In this document: positions 43,601-55,600 of the stretch, in pieces
How positions within the stretch are numbered: the first letter of the stretch is position 1
How the letters are laid out: each line of letters begins with the position of its first letter
Assembly: GCA_032718475.1 (NCBI GenBank)
Contig: JAUCBJ010002763.1
Span: 13,009 to 77,008, forward strand
DNA length: 64,000 nucleotides
Direction of reading: 5' to 3'
From: Nemertoderma westbladi
Taxonomy: Eukaryota; Animalia; Xenacoelomorpha
The notes under the pieces: model-generated
Database searches by the model: none
What the model was told of the DNA's origin: nothing
What the model saw: the letters and a program-made list of their open reading frames with translations, nothing else
Program-made: the position numbers and the translations under genes

Positions 43601-46600
43601 GTTCTACAGGCGTAAGCGTTTCCCGCTACGACTACCGATGGTCTGGTTTCCCACACTTGATGTAAGTTGAATTGGTCCGTCCCGATCAGCATTGCTACCG
43701 ACCTATAGTTGACAGGACATTCAGGTACACCAAGGTGTCTGAAATACTTACGGTCCTCTAAGGATTGCTCCGGCACTGGACCCAGTAGGTTACTAAAGTC
43801 CTTGGTGGCCGCAAAAGTCAAATCCTTAAAAGGTAACAAAGACCTCTCCTTTTTGCTATGTTGCGATTTCGGAAGAAGAGTGTCCAAGTTTAACTTAACT
43901 CATGTCACTGGTATTGCACGTTGTCCATGCATACTACTTACAGTGTACTTCACGTGCTTACCTTGTCTAAGGTCCGTCACTACATCAGCTACCTTCTCAT
44001 CCACGTAGCTGTGAGATGAGGCTGAATCTAGGATAGCGTAGATCCTTTTGCTCCCTTTTGTGCCTGTAATCTTAACGGGAATTACACTAAATCCTTTTAG
44101 TTGATCAGGCGTCAGAAGAGCGATCGATGGTTGTTCGTCTCCAACTGAGTATATGTCGTCGTCTTCAGATTCTTCATCTGAAGACCCAGATTGCTCCGGA
44201 AAACAATCCCGAATATGCGTCACGAAGGTTGGTGTTGTTCTTGATTCTCGTGTTTTGTAGACAGTGTTACATTTCACTGCGGCTTCCGGGTGTTCCCTAG
44301 TGAAGCGTTTTGTCGGCGTATGGCTGTCTGTGTGGAGCAGACCGTCATGGTTGCGTCCACAGTAAGGACAGGTGTCCGTATTTGGGCAATCCTTGCGGAC
44401 ATGTCCATGTTGTGTACACCTCCAACAAGAATCTAACGGTCTTATTTGAAGCCGTCGTTCCTCTGAATTTAATTCGCGAAACAGATGACATCTCCTCAGC
44501 TGGTGATTGGTATACCGCTTATTAAGCCGCTCGCAGTATTGGCAACCGCTAAAGTCGGCATTCAGTTGTTGCCTGGTCTGTTTGATGCCAATAGGTGCAG
44601 ACACTTTACTACCGTTAGGAAATTGTCTTGTTTCTGTTGGTGTGGCGTAAGTGGCCGTCCTTGTGGATGTCGTCGGTTGTTTTTGTCTATTTGATGAAGG
44701 TAAGGTGATTCCTTCTGCTACGATGTGTTGGTCAGTGTAGTTAGATCTAGTCTCCACTACCGCTTCCCTGGATATTAATAAGTACACATCTTCCAGTTTC
44801 AAGAATCCACCTCTTTCCTCCCGCTGGTATTCGATTTTTCGCCACTCCCGACGAAGTCGATGATGTAGTCTTCCTATAATTTTTAATAGGACTGTGGGAG
44901 TGTTCCCATAATCGAGTTGTCCAATAGATCTTAGTGTAGTGATAGCGTTTTTAATTTCGTCAGCTAATTTGAGTAAGTCGACGGGTTTTGTAATAGCCCC
45001 CCCCTTACAGAGTTCCTCTATCACTGACTTGGCCATACTAACCGTACCTCCGTAGATTGAAGTTAAGCGATCGTATGCTAACTCGAAGGCATCTGGTACA
45101 TCGACAAAGGTCTCTGCCAAACGTTTGGGTTCTCCTGATAATGTTAGAAGCAGGTAATTAAACTTCTCCCTTGATGTAAAGGCGCACACAGAGATCTGAG
45201 ATTCAATATAGTCTACGAAAGTGTGCCAATGTTTGGAGCTACCGGAAAACTTAGGTGGTTGTTGCACCGGTAGTCCTTGTCTAGCTGCGAATTTAGCTAT
45301 TTCCTCGGCAACGTTCAAAGTTTCGCGTCCTGGGTTGGCAATCTGGCTGGTGTTCTCTCTTCTAGGCGCTTTTCTTTGATACGATGTGTTTCTCGACGGT
45401 ATTGTTCTTTGCGGAACTTTAGGATTTCTATTGTGTTCGAATTCGGAATTTCTCGAACTGTCGGTGTGAACTTCCTCCAAGCGTTCCTTGATCTGGGCCA
45501 ACTTGTTGACAACTGGTCTCAAAATGTCGGCAAATTGTTGGGTACTGATCGCATCCGTTGGTTGTAACGCCCTTTGTATTGGTGTATTTTGTGGAGGATT
45601 ATCGATAAATGAATTATCTGAACGCTCACGCTTACATTCGTCGGCCGCTCCTGTTCTAAATACCTCGCGTTCCGGGTAATCCGACTCGCTTGAAGTACTA
45701 CTGTCACCTGGATACGGTGGTCGACGTGCTCGTGTCCGTTGCGTCGTTCGAATTTTAACATTCCGTTTCGGAACATCGTCCGCTGGTCTCCGTTGTTCGG
45801 TAGGCTCGCAGGTCTTCCTCGAAGTCGTAGATTGCGATGTAAACTGGTTAAACTGGTTAAGCGGTCGCGTATCCACTGGTCTCCGTTGTTCGGTAGGCTC
45901 ACAAGTCTTCCTCGAAGTCGTAGATTGCGATGTAAACTGATTAAACGGTCGCGTGTCCACTGTTCTCCGTTGTTCGGTAGGCTCACAAGTCTTCCTCGAA
46001 GTCGTAGATTGCGATGTAAACTGAACCGGTGGTCGAGTGACAGCGTTTGAATCTAAAGGCCTTGTAGGCCTAAACGTCATTGGGTACGTGTAGTGCGTAA
46101 CGGGTTTTGGTGTCGAAGGTGGACTCACCTGTTTTGTCGTTAGTAGTGCAGGTCCGGTCAATAAACTACTACGATCGGTAATCGGTGGGTTACTTACCTT
46201 GACTTTCAGAATAGGCGACGACGTTGCTCTTGGTGGTATAAACTTGTCCGGAATAACAAACCTGTGTTCCATCGCACCATGGATAGGAGAAATATTACTA
46301 CTACCCGTAATCGAAACAGGTTCCTTAGTCGTAACTGGTGCAAACATAGGAGTTACTTGAGGGAATCTTTGACATAAGTCTTTAACTAATTGTCTTTCTC
46401 GCCCAGGTGCCCCTACACTTCCTTCCTTCATTCGTTCCTGAATTTGGCGGTGCCTTACCTCTATCTGGTCCAAATCATGTCCGTCACGAGATCTCATCGA
46501 TCGATCGCGGGCTAGAAGATCCAGATTTTCCTCGGCTTTGGCTAGTTCTCTCGCCTTCCTTTCGAGTTCGAAATGAAGTTTAACTTCTTTCTCGCGTTGT

Positions 46601-49600
46601 TCCGTCTGTTGTTGTTGCGCCTCGAACTCCGCTTGTCGTATAGCTGATTGAGCCTTTATTTGCCGTTTTTTCATCTCAGCTCTTGCTTCCGAAACTCGCT
46701 TGTGTTCTTCCAACTCTGCTGCTCGTTGCTCTAAATCAGCTGCTGCTGCTCGTCGCTCCAACTCAGCTGCTGTCGCTTGTTGCGCAGCTGCTGCCGCTTG
46801 TCGTTCCAACTCAGCTGCTGACGCTTGTTGCGCTAACTCAGCTGCCGCTGTTCGCTGTGCTATTTCTAACTCCAACCTTTCCATCTCAGCCGCTTCCAAC
46901 TCAGCTTGTTCTTGCAGATGAGAGATTCTCGCAACATTTGCAACGCGTAGTTTTTCTTCCTCTACCGCCGCTTGTACCGTTAACAGTTGAGTTTGTTCCT
47001 CAATTTCTCATTGTTGTCTATAGTGCTGTTGTTGCTGTCTAGAAATTTCTGACGTCACTATACTTACCTCGCCAATTTCGCTGCGAATACTCACTAACGA
47101 TTGGTCCAGTATTCCCGGTGCCGATTCGATTTGTACGGGTGAAGTTCCCCTCGTATATTCCGGCACGGTTTCCAAATCTCCGACGTCTTCGCCGCACATA
47201 CGTAAGTGATCTGTCAGATGTTTCAATTGTCCATCCGGTCGGTACAGTTCCTGTTCTTCCTCAGGCTGTAATAACTCGTCGGAAACTGACTCACCTAGCA
47301 ACTGGTCCGCTTGTTCCTGTTGTATCTGTCTAACGGTCGTCTTAAACTGAATCAGTTTCTCCCTAGCGATCATTAATTTCTCGAGGATTCTAAACTGTGT
47401 GTCCATATCCTGTCTCTGTCTAGCTAGATCTTGTAGACCAATTAGATTATCTACAGACTTATGTACTTTACTCTGTACTCTAACCTGTAGGGTGTAGAAC
47501 TCGAACCGAGACATCGGAGCGGTCAACTCGTCTAATATGCGTTGGCCTTCTCCAATACTCCTGGTAATATGCGCCATGTATCCTCCGACGCTTCTAACCA
47601 CGCTTTCCTGGCCTCCTACTGAACTTACCATGTCCGTTTCTCTATGTCTCGGTTGCGGGACCGTTAGGAAATCCTCAGTCCTGCCGTCGCCTCGTACTAC
47701 GGCATCCGGTACTCCCGTTGGATGTACTGGTGACGCGCACGGTGTAGGTTCGGTAGGCTCACGAGTCTTCCCCTGTGGTTCTTCCGCTTCTGACTTCTCC
47801 GCGTCACATGAGTCATAGTCGGTTTGTGTATTCTTCGTATAGTCTTGTTTGTCACTCATTTCGGTAGTTGTAAGTCAAGTAAAGTGAGTGTCAAAGTGTT
47901 ACGGTATATGGCGCTGTATCCACATTATTAGTCGTTATACTGTATGCAGTATTAGTCCGTTATGCAGTATGCAATATTAGTCCGTTATACTGTACGTAAT
48001 ATTAGTCCGTTGTGCAGCATGATATTTTAGATAAGGCATAATAACGCAGTGGTATTTAGGTAGGGAAATCAAAACGCCCATATATTTGAAACCATCCATT
48101 TTGTATAGTATGTAGCCCTACCTACGTAATTTTGTATTAGGATATATGTAGATAGTTCCAGGGTAGCGAGTTTATTCGGACCCTGGATTTTGTGCTTGCT
48201 GATATTAGTTTGATAGGGCTAGCATATAGGGATGCTATCCTGGCCATTCAGCAGCCAGAGACGTGAACCATTACCATATATGGTAATAATTTGAGCAATA
48301 GGGCTACAATCCGGCCTCCTTATTGGATTAACTGCTTCCAGGTTGGCCTAATGCTAGCATGGACTGGAGAGCCAATAGGAGAGCGATTGAGTCACCCTAT
48401 TGCATCATCCCATCCGGATCACCTATAAATTGGCGGTGTGCCGGTAAAGCCTCACATGACACATCGATCTGTTCAACCTGTTTTACTGTTTTTCAATCAG
48501 TCACTGCTGTTGCACTTGCTGAGCTGTCTCTAATTTTGTATTAGGATATCGTATTTTCTGCAATTTGCTAATTTGATTAATTTCTTGAAATGATTTGCTA
48601 GTGCGATTACTTGCTTGTGTTTCTCAATAATTCCTTCGATTACTGCTAATTACAATTGAACTATGATTTCTACTCTTTGATTAATGGTTCTATGTGATTC
48701 TTTTCTGCGCAATAATCCTAAGGGATTTCTGAGACTGTCAGACTTTGTGATTTGCATGCGCCGCTACGGTAGCTATTAGCATCATGGAGGGCTAAGGTGC
48801 CAGTGGGCGGTGGGCGCATCGGGGGGTTGAGCGACTAGGAGAGAGCGGAGGATTCAAAGCGGGCAACGCTGGCCAGGGTCACCGTTGCGGGCGGGTATCT
48901 TGCACTGCGGCACGCAGACCAATCGCTGGTACAGTATCTAGGGGGCTGATGATCCAGGTTTTGTCTCTATTTAGTATTAGGGGGGCAGGAATTGGGTTAG
49001 TTAGGAATCCTAGATGTACCCGGGAGAGGCCTGCGCGTATTACAACGTTGAGTGTGGAGTACGAGTAGTGAATTGCACAATTGTAAACTGTGATTTCTAA
49101 CGCTGATTGGTGTGTTATTGAAGTGTGCCTAAGATTACGAATGCTTAGATAGGCGCTCTTTTCCCTTTGATTGACTTCTATTTCTTAGCTACAATAATTA
49201 GTTATTGATTAGGTCAAAGTAATACGGCAATTTAGGCTATTACTAGCAAAACCTGTTGCGTGATAAATTAGAATTACGTATTCTGGAACTCTTAGTAATT
49301 AGTACGCTGTTAAATATTTGTGACTGTAATTAATTAGTAAAAATTAAGAATTAGTACGCAGCATAGCGGAGAGTAGCTAAGGTAATAATTAGTGTACTGT
49401 AAACTATTCACGCTAAGCGGTTATTTGTATTAGCGGGCAATCAGCTAGAACGCACTATTCGGTACGCACGATACGCTAGTAGTTTTGCTGGCCTAAAGCC
49501 AGCCGCGGGCAGTTTTAGACTCGGGGTGGTATTATCCACGTAGAAACAGTTACTGTACCATTTTGATAATTTTAAATATTCTCGCATTCACACATTACGT

Positions 49601-52600
49601 TAGGGAACCTCCAGTATTCGCGATTAGAAAGACGTAGGTAATAGCGTGCTTTAATAGTGATAAAATTAGGCGTAAGAATACTCTGAGTGCAAGGCCTCTC
49701 GCACTCGTCTTAAGTAAGCTTAGGGAGCCGACTCGGGTTTATTGTTTTGGTTATTCCTGCGTGGCTCATAGATTCGAACAGTTAGCTCTCTATCGAGCAA
49801 TCGGTAGAGAAAGGAACAAGCGATTTTGCAGGAGTTGTGTAAATTTAGTAAAATATATTAGTGGACGGCAGATTAGTGCCATCCAATGGTAAGTAGCGGT
49901 TTTGTATTTAGCAACCCTTACAATTTAGTAATAGCACGCTCCTGATCCCCTTTACTTAACAGTAGAGCAGTTTTTGTGTCTTATTGGATAGGCGAGAGCT
50001 TATTAGGTTGGCAGAAGGATATTAACGGGTATTGGTCTGTTCAACAGTTCTGCTGTTAGTATAGAGGTCGCGGTTGTTTATCACAAAGTGTCAAACTTAC
50101 CGTATTTATATCAAAACGGTATTAATTACAGTCATATAAAATTAGCCTACCGGCCGATTTTATAGCAGATGGATAAAATTAGCCTCGCGGCCAATTTTAC
50201 AGCAAATAAATGTCACGGAGTAAGTATATAATAAAATTAGCCTACCGGCCAATTTTACAACAAATAAATCAGATAACGATATACGTTATCAAAAGGTAGA
50301 TTAAATACAATAATACGGACTAATTCAGCAATAAACAAAGAAATCATACGGAATGCATAAATACTTGAGACAGTGGAACCCACAATAATTTTAACTAATA
50401 CGGTAATGCCTAACTTATTTATGCAACTTTTCGAACTCACCCCTCCAATGATTCTCCAGAAAAACAGATTCCCAGATACAAACCGGACGTGAACCTTTCC
50501 GTTTCCAGCGTTGCGGACGAAGTGCGATTTTCCCAACCAAAGTTGTTGAGTTATCTATCTCCCAAACTTGCTAAACACGGTCTTGCTCTCGTTACAGTCT
50601 AGAAATGAGCTCTGAATCCTGAAAAACAAAAGAGTTAGGTTTTACTTTACGAAAATTTTGTACCGGTACAATATGGTATTTAAACCCTTTTAAACACCGG
50701 TATTCAATTCCAAAATATTTTACACGCGGTTCAAATCAAAATTTTATTTCAAAATTAGCACTTAGCTAATCAAATATAAACTTTTACCTCAAAATACAAA
50801 ATTTTCAAATAACTTTAGTCCTACCGAACCGTAGTTCAGTAAAACATATTCCTACTAATTTAGGAAATATGTTAAATAATACACATATTCCTACTATTTG
50901 GAAGAGACGTACCTAATACCTGTAATATCCTACTGTAAAGTTTGTGAATCAAATCATAATCCGACCTTCTCACCAAAACAGTAAACTCTAAGTAAGCGAA
51001 TATATATTGCAGTATCGGTCTCTTATAACCGGTGAGGCAGAAAACAGTCTACGAACGGACAAACTTCGATAAAACAAAATCCCGCGCAGCGAATCCTAAA
51101 ATCAGGCTGACTCGCTGACGGACTAAGGGGCTCGTATACTTTGCCGCGGTGTGATTTATATAGTTGGGATAGAGAGATGCTAGCTAGGTGCAGAGATGTC
51201 TAACTAGCGGGCAAAGCGCAGTACGGACAAAGTTAATTTTATATATTTTGAGGTGTAAATAATTTCTAACACGCGTGTGTCTTAATTCTAAACAGTCAAA
51301 GTCAGCTTTGCTCCTTCATATATATAATTACTGGGTCCGGTGTACATTTTACAAATATTCTAATTTTATAACTTGTAGGTCCAATACTCACGAATGATAA
51401 GGCTCCTCCCCCTTTTGTATATTTCCAGGACTCAAATTCAGGCATAAGGTTAATACTACGCCCAGAATTCGGCAATTTAATTTACCAGGTCCCTAATACT
51501 AAGAAGAAATGTGTTAGTTTACTACAGTAGGCGTACAATTACTAATAGCTAGCCTGGCGTTCTTATCTAGAATTTTGGTTGCCTAGATATGCACGGCAAC
51601 TTCCTAACAGAATGTTGGCGGGGACACGGTAGATGTTAGTATCCCTAAATAGCCTCAATTTATTTTGCGCCTAGTTGTAAACTGCCCTACCGCCTGAACG
51701 GTACAATCCCAATTCAGGTAAAACACAGTAACCCTTCTGGCCTACAAGTTCAAATGCAATGGACACCGTTGTACTACAAATAGTCACAGACGCACCTGCA
51801 CTTAGCAAGAGTTAGGCGTACAGTTTGCTGCACCCTACCAATGTGTATGCCTTGTACCGGTGTGCCTGCGTCCTATCTGTATACTAGTATCTCTGTCTGA
51901 TCTCCTCTCCCCCCGTAGGAATATGAAGGTCTACTGCGGGTTTTCTCTGAATTAAGACAGTACGGTCCCTAGATGTAAATTTTAGCGCACAGCGTGTCAC
52001 TACCTCTACCTTCGATCTTTGGTCTTATACTTAGGTAGCAAGGCATTGAACGCTGTCTAACCTTTCAGGCGATGGGCGAATAACTCAAGAATGATATTGC
52101 GGGTTGTCTCCTTCTACATCCCTCAGATGTTCCCGTTCACTGCTGTGGCCCGATGTTTAGCCTGCCATCCTGTCCCTCAGTTTAGTTCACCGTGGTGAAG
52201 CATGATAGGAAAACAGATGTAACAAGTATTTCTAACTTTATTACAGAATATATACATAAACTGATACAAGAAACTAATAGATAACTAATAAGTGATAATC
52301 TAAAGCAAGAATGATTGTATACTAAGAATATAGAAGAGATTAATAACTAATGAACAAAGTCGCACCTTTTATAGCAAATTTGTGCTGCAATCAATCGAGA
52401 AAATTCTCGATTGTTCTATGAGTTCTAATAGGTTTTTAAAGATAACTATTGGTCCAGCGAATATATAACTTGCACGACATTGGTTACTATCTAATAACTA
52501 CAATCCCATTGGTTAATCTACTTCGAGCAATTGCAATTTAATTTGTAGCGGTTAATTTAAATGAGTTGAAACTCTGCACAAAAAATAATTCGCACCTACT

Positions 52601-55600
52601 AGGATTCGAACTCAATACCTACTACATATAATTTCCAACGCTTTACCGACTGAGCTACTGAACCACTTGAATAATCATTGTACAAATAGATATAGTAAAT
52701 ACAAATGAGGACTTAATGTAATCTTTATAGCAAAGTTAATTCGAACAAAATAAAATTTTGAAAATCCACGGCATTTAGAGGATATAATTCTATACCATTG
52801 GTTCAATTTTGTCACAATAAACGCAGTTGTTTCAAGGAAAGGCACCCCCATCTATATATATATATATATTATATTTATGTTGTTACCTAGGGTATTTATA
52901 CAGTATTTCAATTATTTATTTGTTCTAGAAAATTAATTTGAATTTAAGAATAATACATGAATAAGAGTCACACAGACTCGAAATATCGTATACATTTTAT
53001 TTTTATTGCTTGATATTGGTCTGTCTATATTTTTCGTTCTACACTTTGAGAGACCGGATCATGCTGAACATGGTTGTTTGAAAAAACGTCCCTATTACTT
53101 GATTTAATTATTAGATAATATATATATATACATAAACTTTTGTGAGTGTTTTGCTATGTGGCAGGTACCCCAAGGCACTTGATAGCACTTATAAGAGTTA
53201 CAAACGAACTCACTTTGCAGCGGATGTGGGGTCAGCCTCCCGTAAAAGCCAAAGAAGAAGACAGTGAAATATCAGTTTCCAACACTGCCCCCAAGACAGT
53301 GTTCACACCCCCCCCCACGTGAAACGTAAAGTTGCAAAACAGGGAGATCGTTATTGATAAAAGATAATATAGACAATCCTGCGACTTATTTGGTATGATA
53401 CTGATTGTTTGGTTTGATGTGTTATAGTAACATTGTAATAACATTTGTGAATTCTGTTGTGCAGCATTGTGCGAGTGCAACTATTGCAGGTGCATTTCCA
53501 TGTGAATTGTTGATTAAGTCAGAGAGTTTACTTGTGTGACTGTGGTTTAATTTGACATTATTAGTCGTACGTTTGCGAAGCCAGTAGAACATAAGGCTGA
53601 TACCCCCGATGGAGTGTATAGGCAATCACTGCGTACGAAATGGCTAATTACCTATAATTTACTACATTAATTACTGTAGCTTAATAATTTAGTCAGCGTT
53701 TGTATGGTATGTCACGGACAGTCGGACACTATTATCAAAATTGTATTACCCTTCCGGTCTTTATTTATTAAGTAATCTAAGTAACCTGGTATTTTATCGT
53801 TTTACTGTACATACACCCTACACTTACATTTTGTTGTTTATTATTATAAACTTGTAACATAGTGTTACAACCCCCAAATATCGTAAGTACGTTCTATTAT
53901 CTACATACAGAAATAATTAATTCTTACATCTTTCTTCAGGCCATTGAACTGTTTATTTAACAGGCAGACACAGGCCCGATATTTGACATATATTAATCCT
54001 TGTATTTAGATCAATGGAACGGAATCCTACACTAATTTCATTCTGAACATAACCATTTGTTTGGATTACAGGCGACTTCAGACTTACATATTTATTCATA
54101 ACAATATTATTTGCAGAAATAATCTCGGCAGTATTTGTGCTTAGGATTTGAAATAAGCCTTGCACATTAATAGGTGCCCGTGCTTTATTGCGACTTGCAA
54201 CTTAATTTCATCCCAAGGTGATTTACATCTTGCCCCACAACGACATACCATTCCAGACAATTTGTCGCTGAGTGCTTCAACTCAGCCATATACTTACTAT
54301 AAATCAGGAGACTAAACTGCTTTGTTTGACCTACTTAGTCGCGACATACAAATTCCCCTACCATATATTAGTGCTGTTTACTTCCATTGAGTGTTGAGAC
54401 ATGATACACCTCCACAGCCGACAACATACAATAGCGTGGCTCAACATTTCCCATACCTATTGACTCTGTGTGGCGTAATTGCTTGCCCAGTTCGTGGAAT
54501 TCAGAGTGTCAACTCCTTCCTATTAAACAGTAGTCCATAGCAACATTCTTTGGATAGTATCACTGAGTTGATGATAACAGATGACATTCACTCGGATTAC
54601 AGTAGACAGCGACTACTAGCGGTAAAACAAGAATTGTAAAAGCACTTTAATGATACTTGTTACTCCCGTTCTCTTTGAAAGGCATTTCTTAATTTATTTG
54701 AGATAAAGCCACCCAGGGGGAGCAAAGAGTATTACATTCTCAATAATAGCCAAATTATTCATTTCTCTAGGAGGTGCAAATAGAATATCTTCTTTGGTGA
54801 TTAATTATTTATTTTATAGAACAAATACGTAGTTAACACGTCTGTATACATACACACGTATATATATGCACACGCTAACTGCATGTCGAAATCTTATATT
54901 TTTTATCAGAGAACTGTTCAACTTCTGTGCTCATAATATTTGTCTCAAATCCATGTTGTATATCACTGTTAAGATTGTTTGCATCGATTGCCAGCATCGG
55001 TTGCTGTAATCCTAAAGCTCCTATTGGTTGCCATACTTTACAATGTTATTGCTCCCTATTGGCTGTTTCTATTCTTACAGTGCTATAATAGTTGATGTTG
55101 CTATCGCTATCCTCAGGCGTAACCTCATAAGATCTTAAGCCTGTTGCGAGTCATGTAACTAGAAGGACCTATGATATTTCACCTTGCGTGCTGCATGCAT
55201 TGTATCTTGCTTGCTTGCTTATTGCATTGCATCATTAACTTGCTGTGCGTATTAAATATTATCGTTATAGTTATTATTATTGCTTTAACTTGTTGATGAA
55301 TATACAAGACCAAGGATCACACCAACTTGATTTCCACACAGTTAGTGCTGGCTGTGCCCTGTCTGTAATAGATTCGGTTCATTTAGTGCGAGAGTGTGCG
55401 TCCATAGTACTGCAATATTATTCCCCAACTCGTAACTATAATCTATTGATACTATGATGCGAACAGCACGAGTGAACTTTGCGCTTACCACTGTTAGCGA
55501 ATTCAATTCCACTAACCACCCCATAAAGTGGGAAAGAGCGCCTTTAAGCAATATTGGGGAGTACGAGGTTGATTAACAACCAACCTCGTATCACCCCCAA

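Larger units (their letters stand above)
33994..52794 (-). mobile_element. Full-length BEL/Pao LTR retrotransposon, 18.8 kb, 5-bp TSD CCATT
   Basis: LTR pair, gag-PR-RT-RNaseH-IN order with BEL-type motifs, CCATT at 33989-33993 and 52795-52799. Confidence 0.95.
50895..52794 (-). repeat. 5' LTR (1900 bp)
   Basis: Direct repeat of 33994-35933. Confidence 0.95.

Noticed and set aside
39052-47818. Many short plus-strand ORFs in the track
   Set aside because: Antisense shadows of the gag-pol frame with no recognisable motifs
39118-47859. Genome-wide UGA reassignment
   Set aside because: Host exons contain no in-frame TGA, and a sister RTE copy shows CGA at an equivalent stop
53160-53250. SECIS, twister or HDV-like RNA in the conserved pLTR block
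   Set aside because: Only a short gagtt/aactc hairpin is evident; the required helices could not be built by eye
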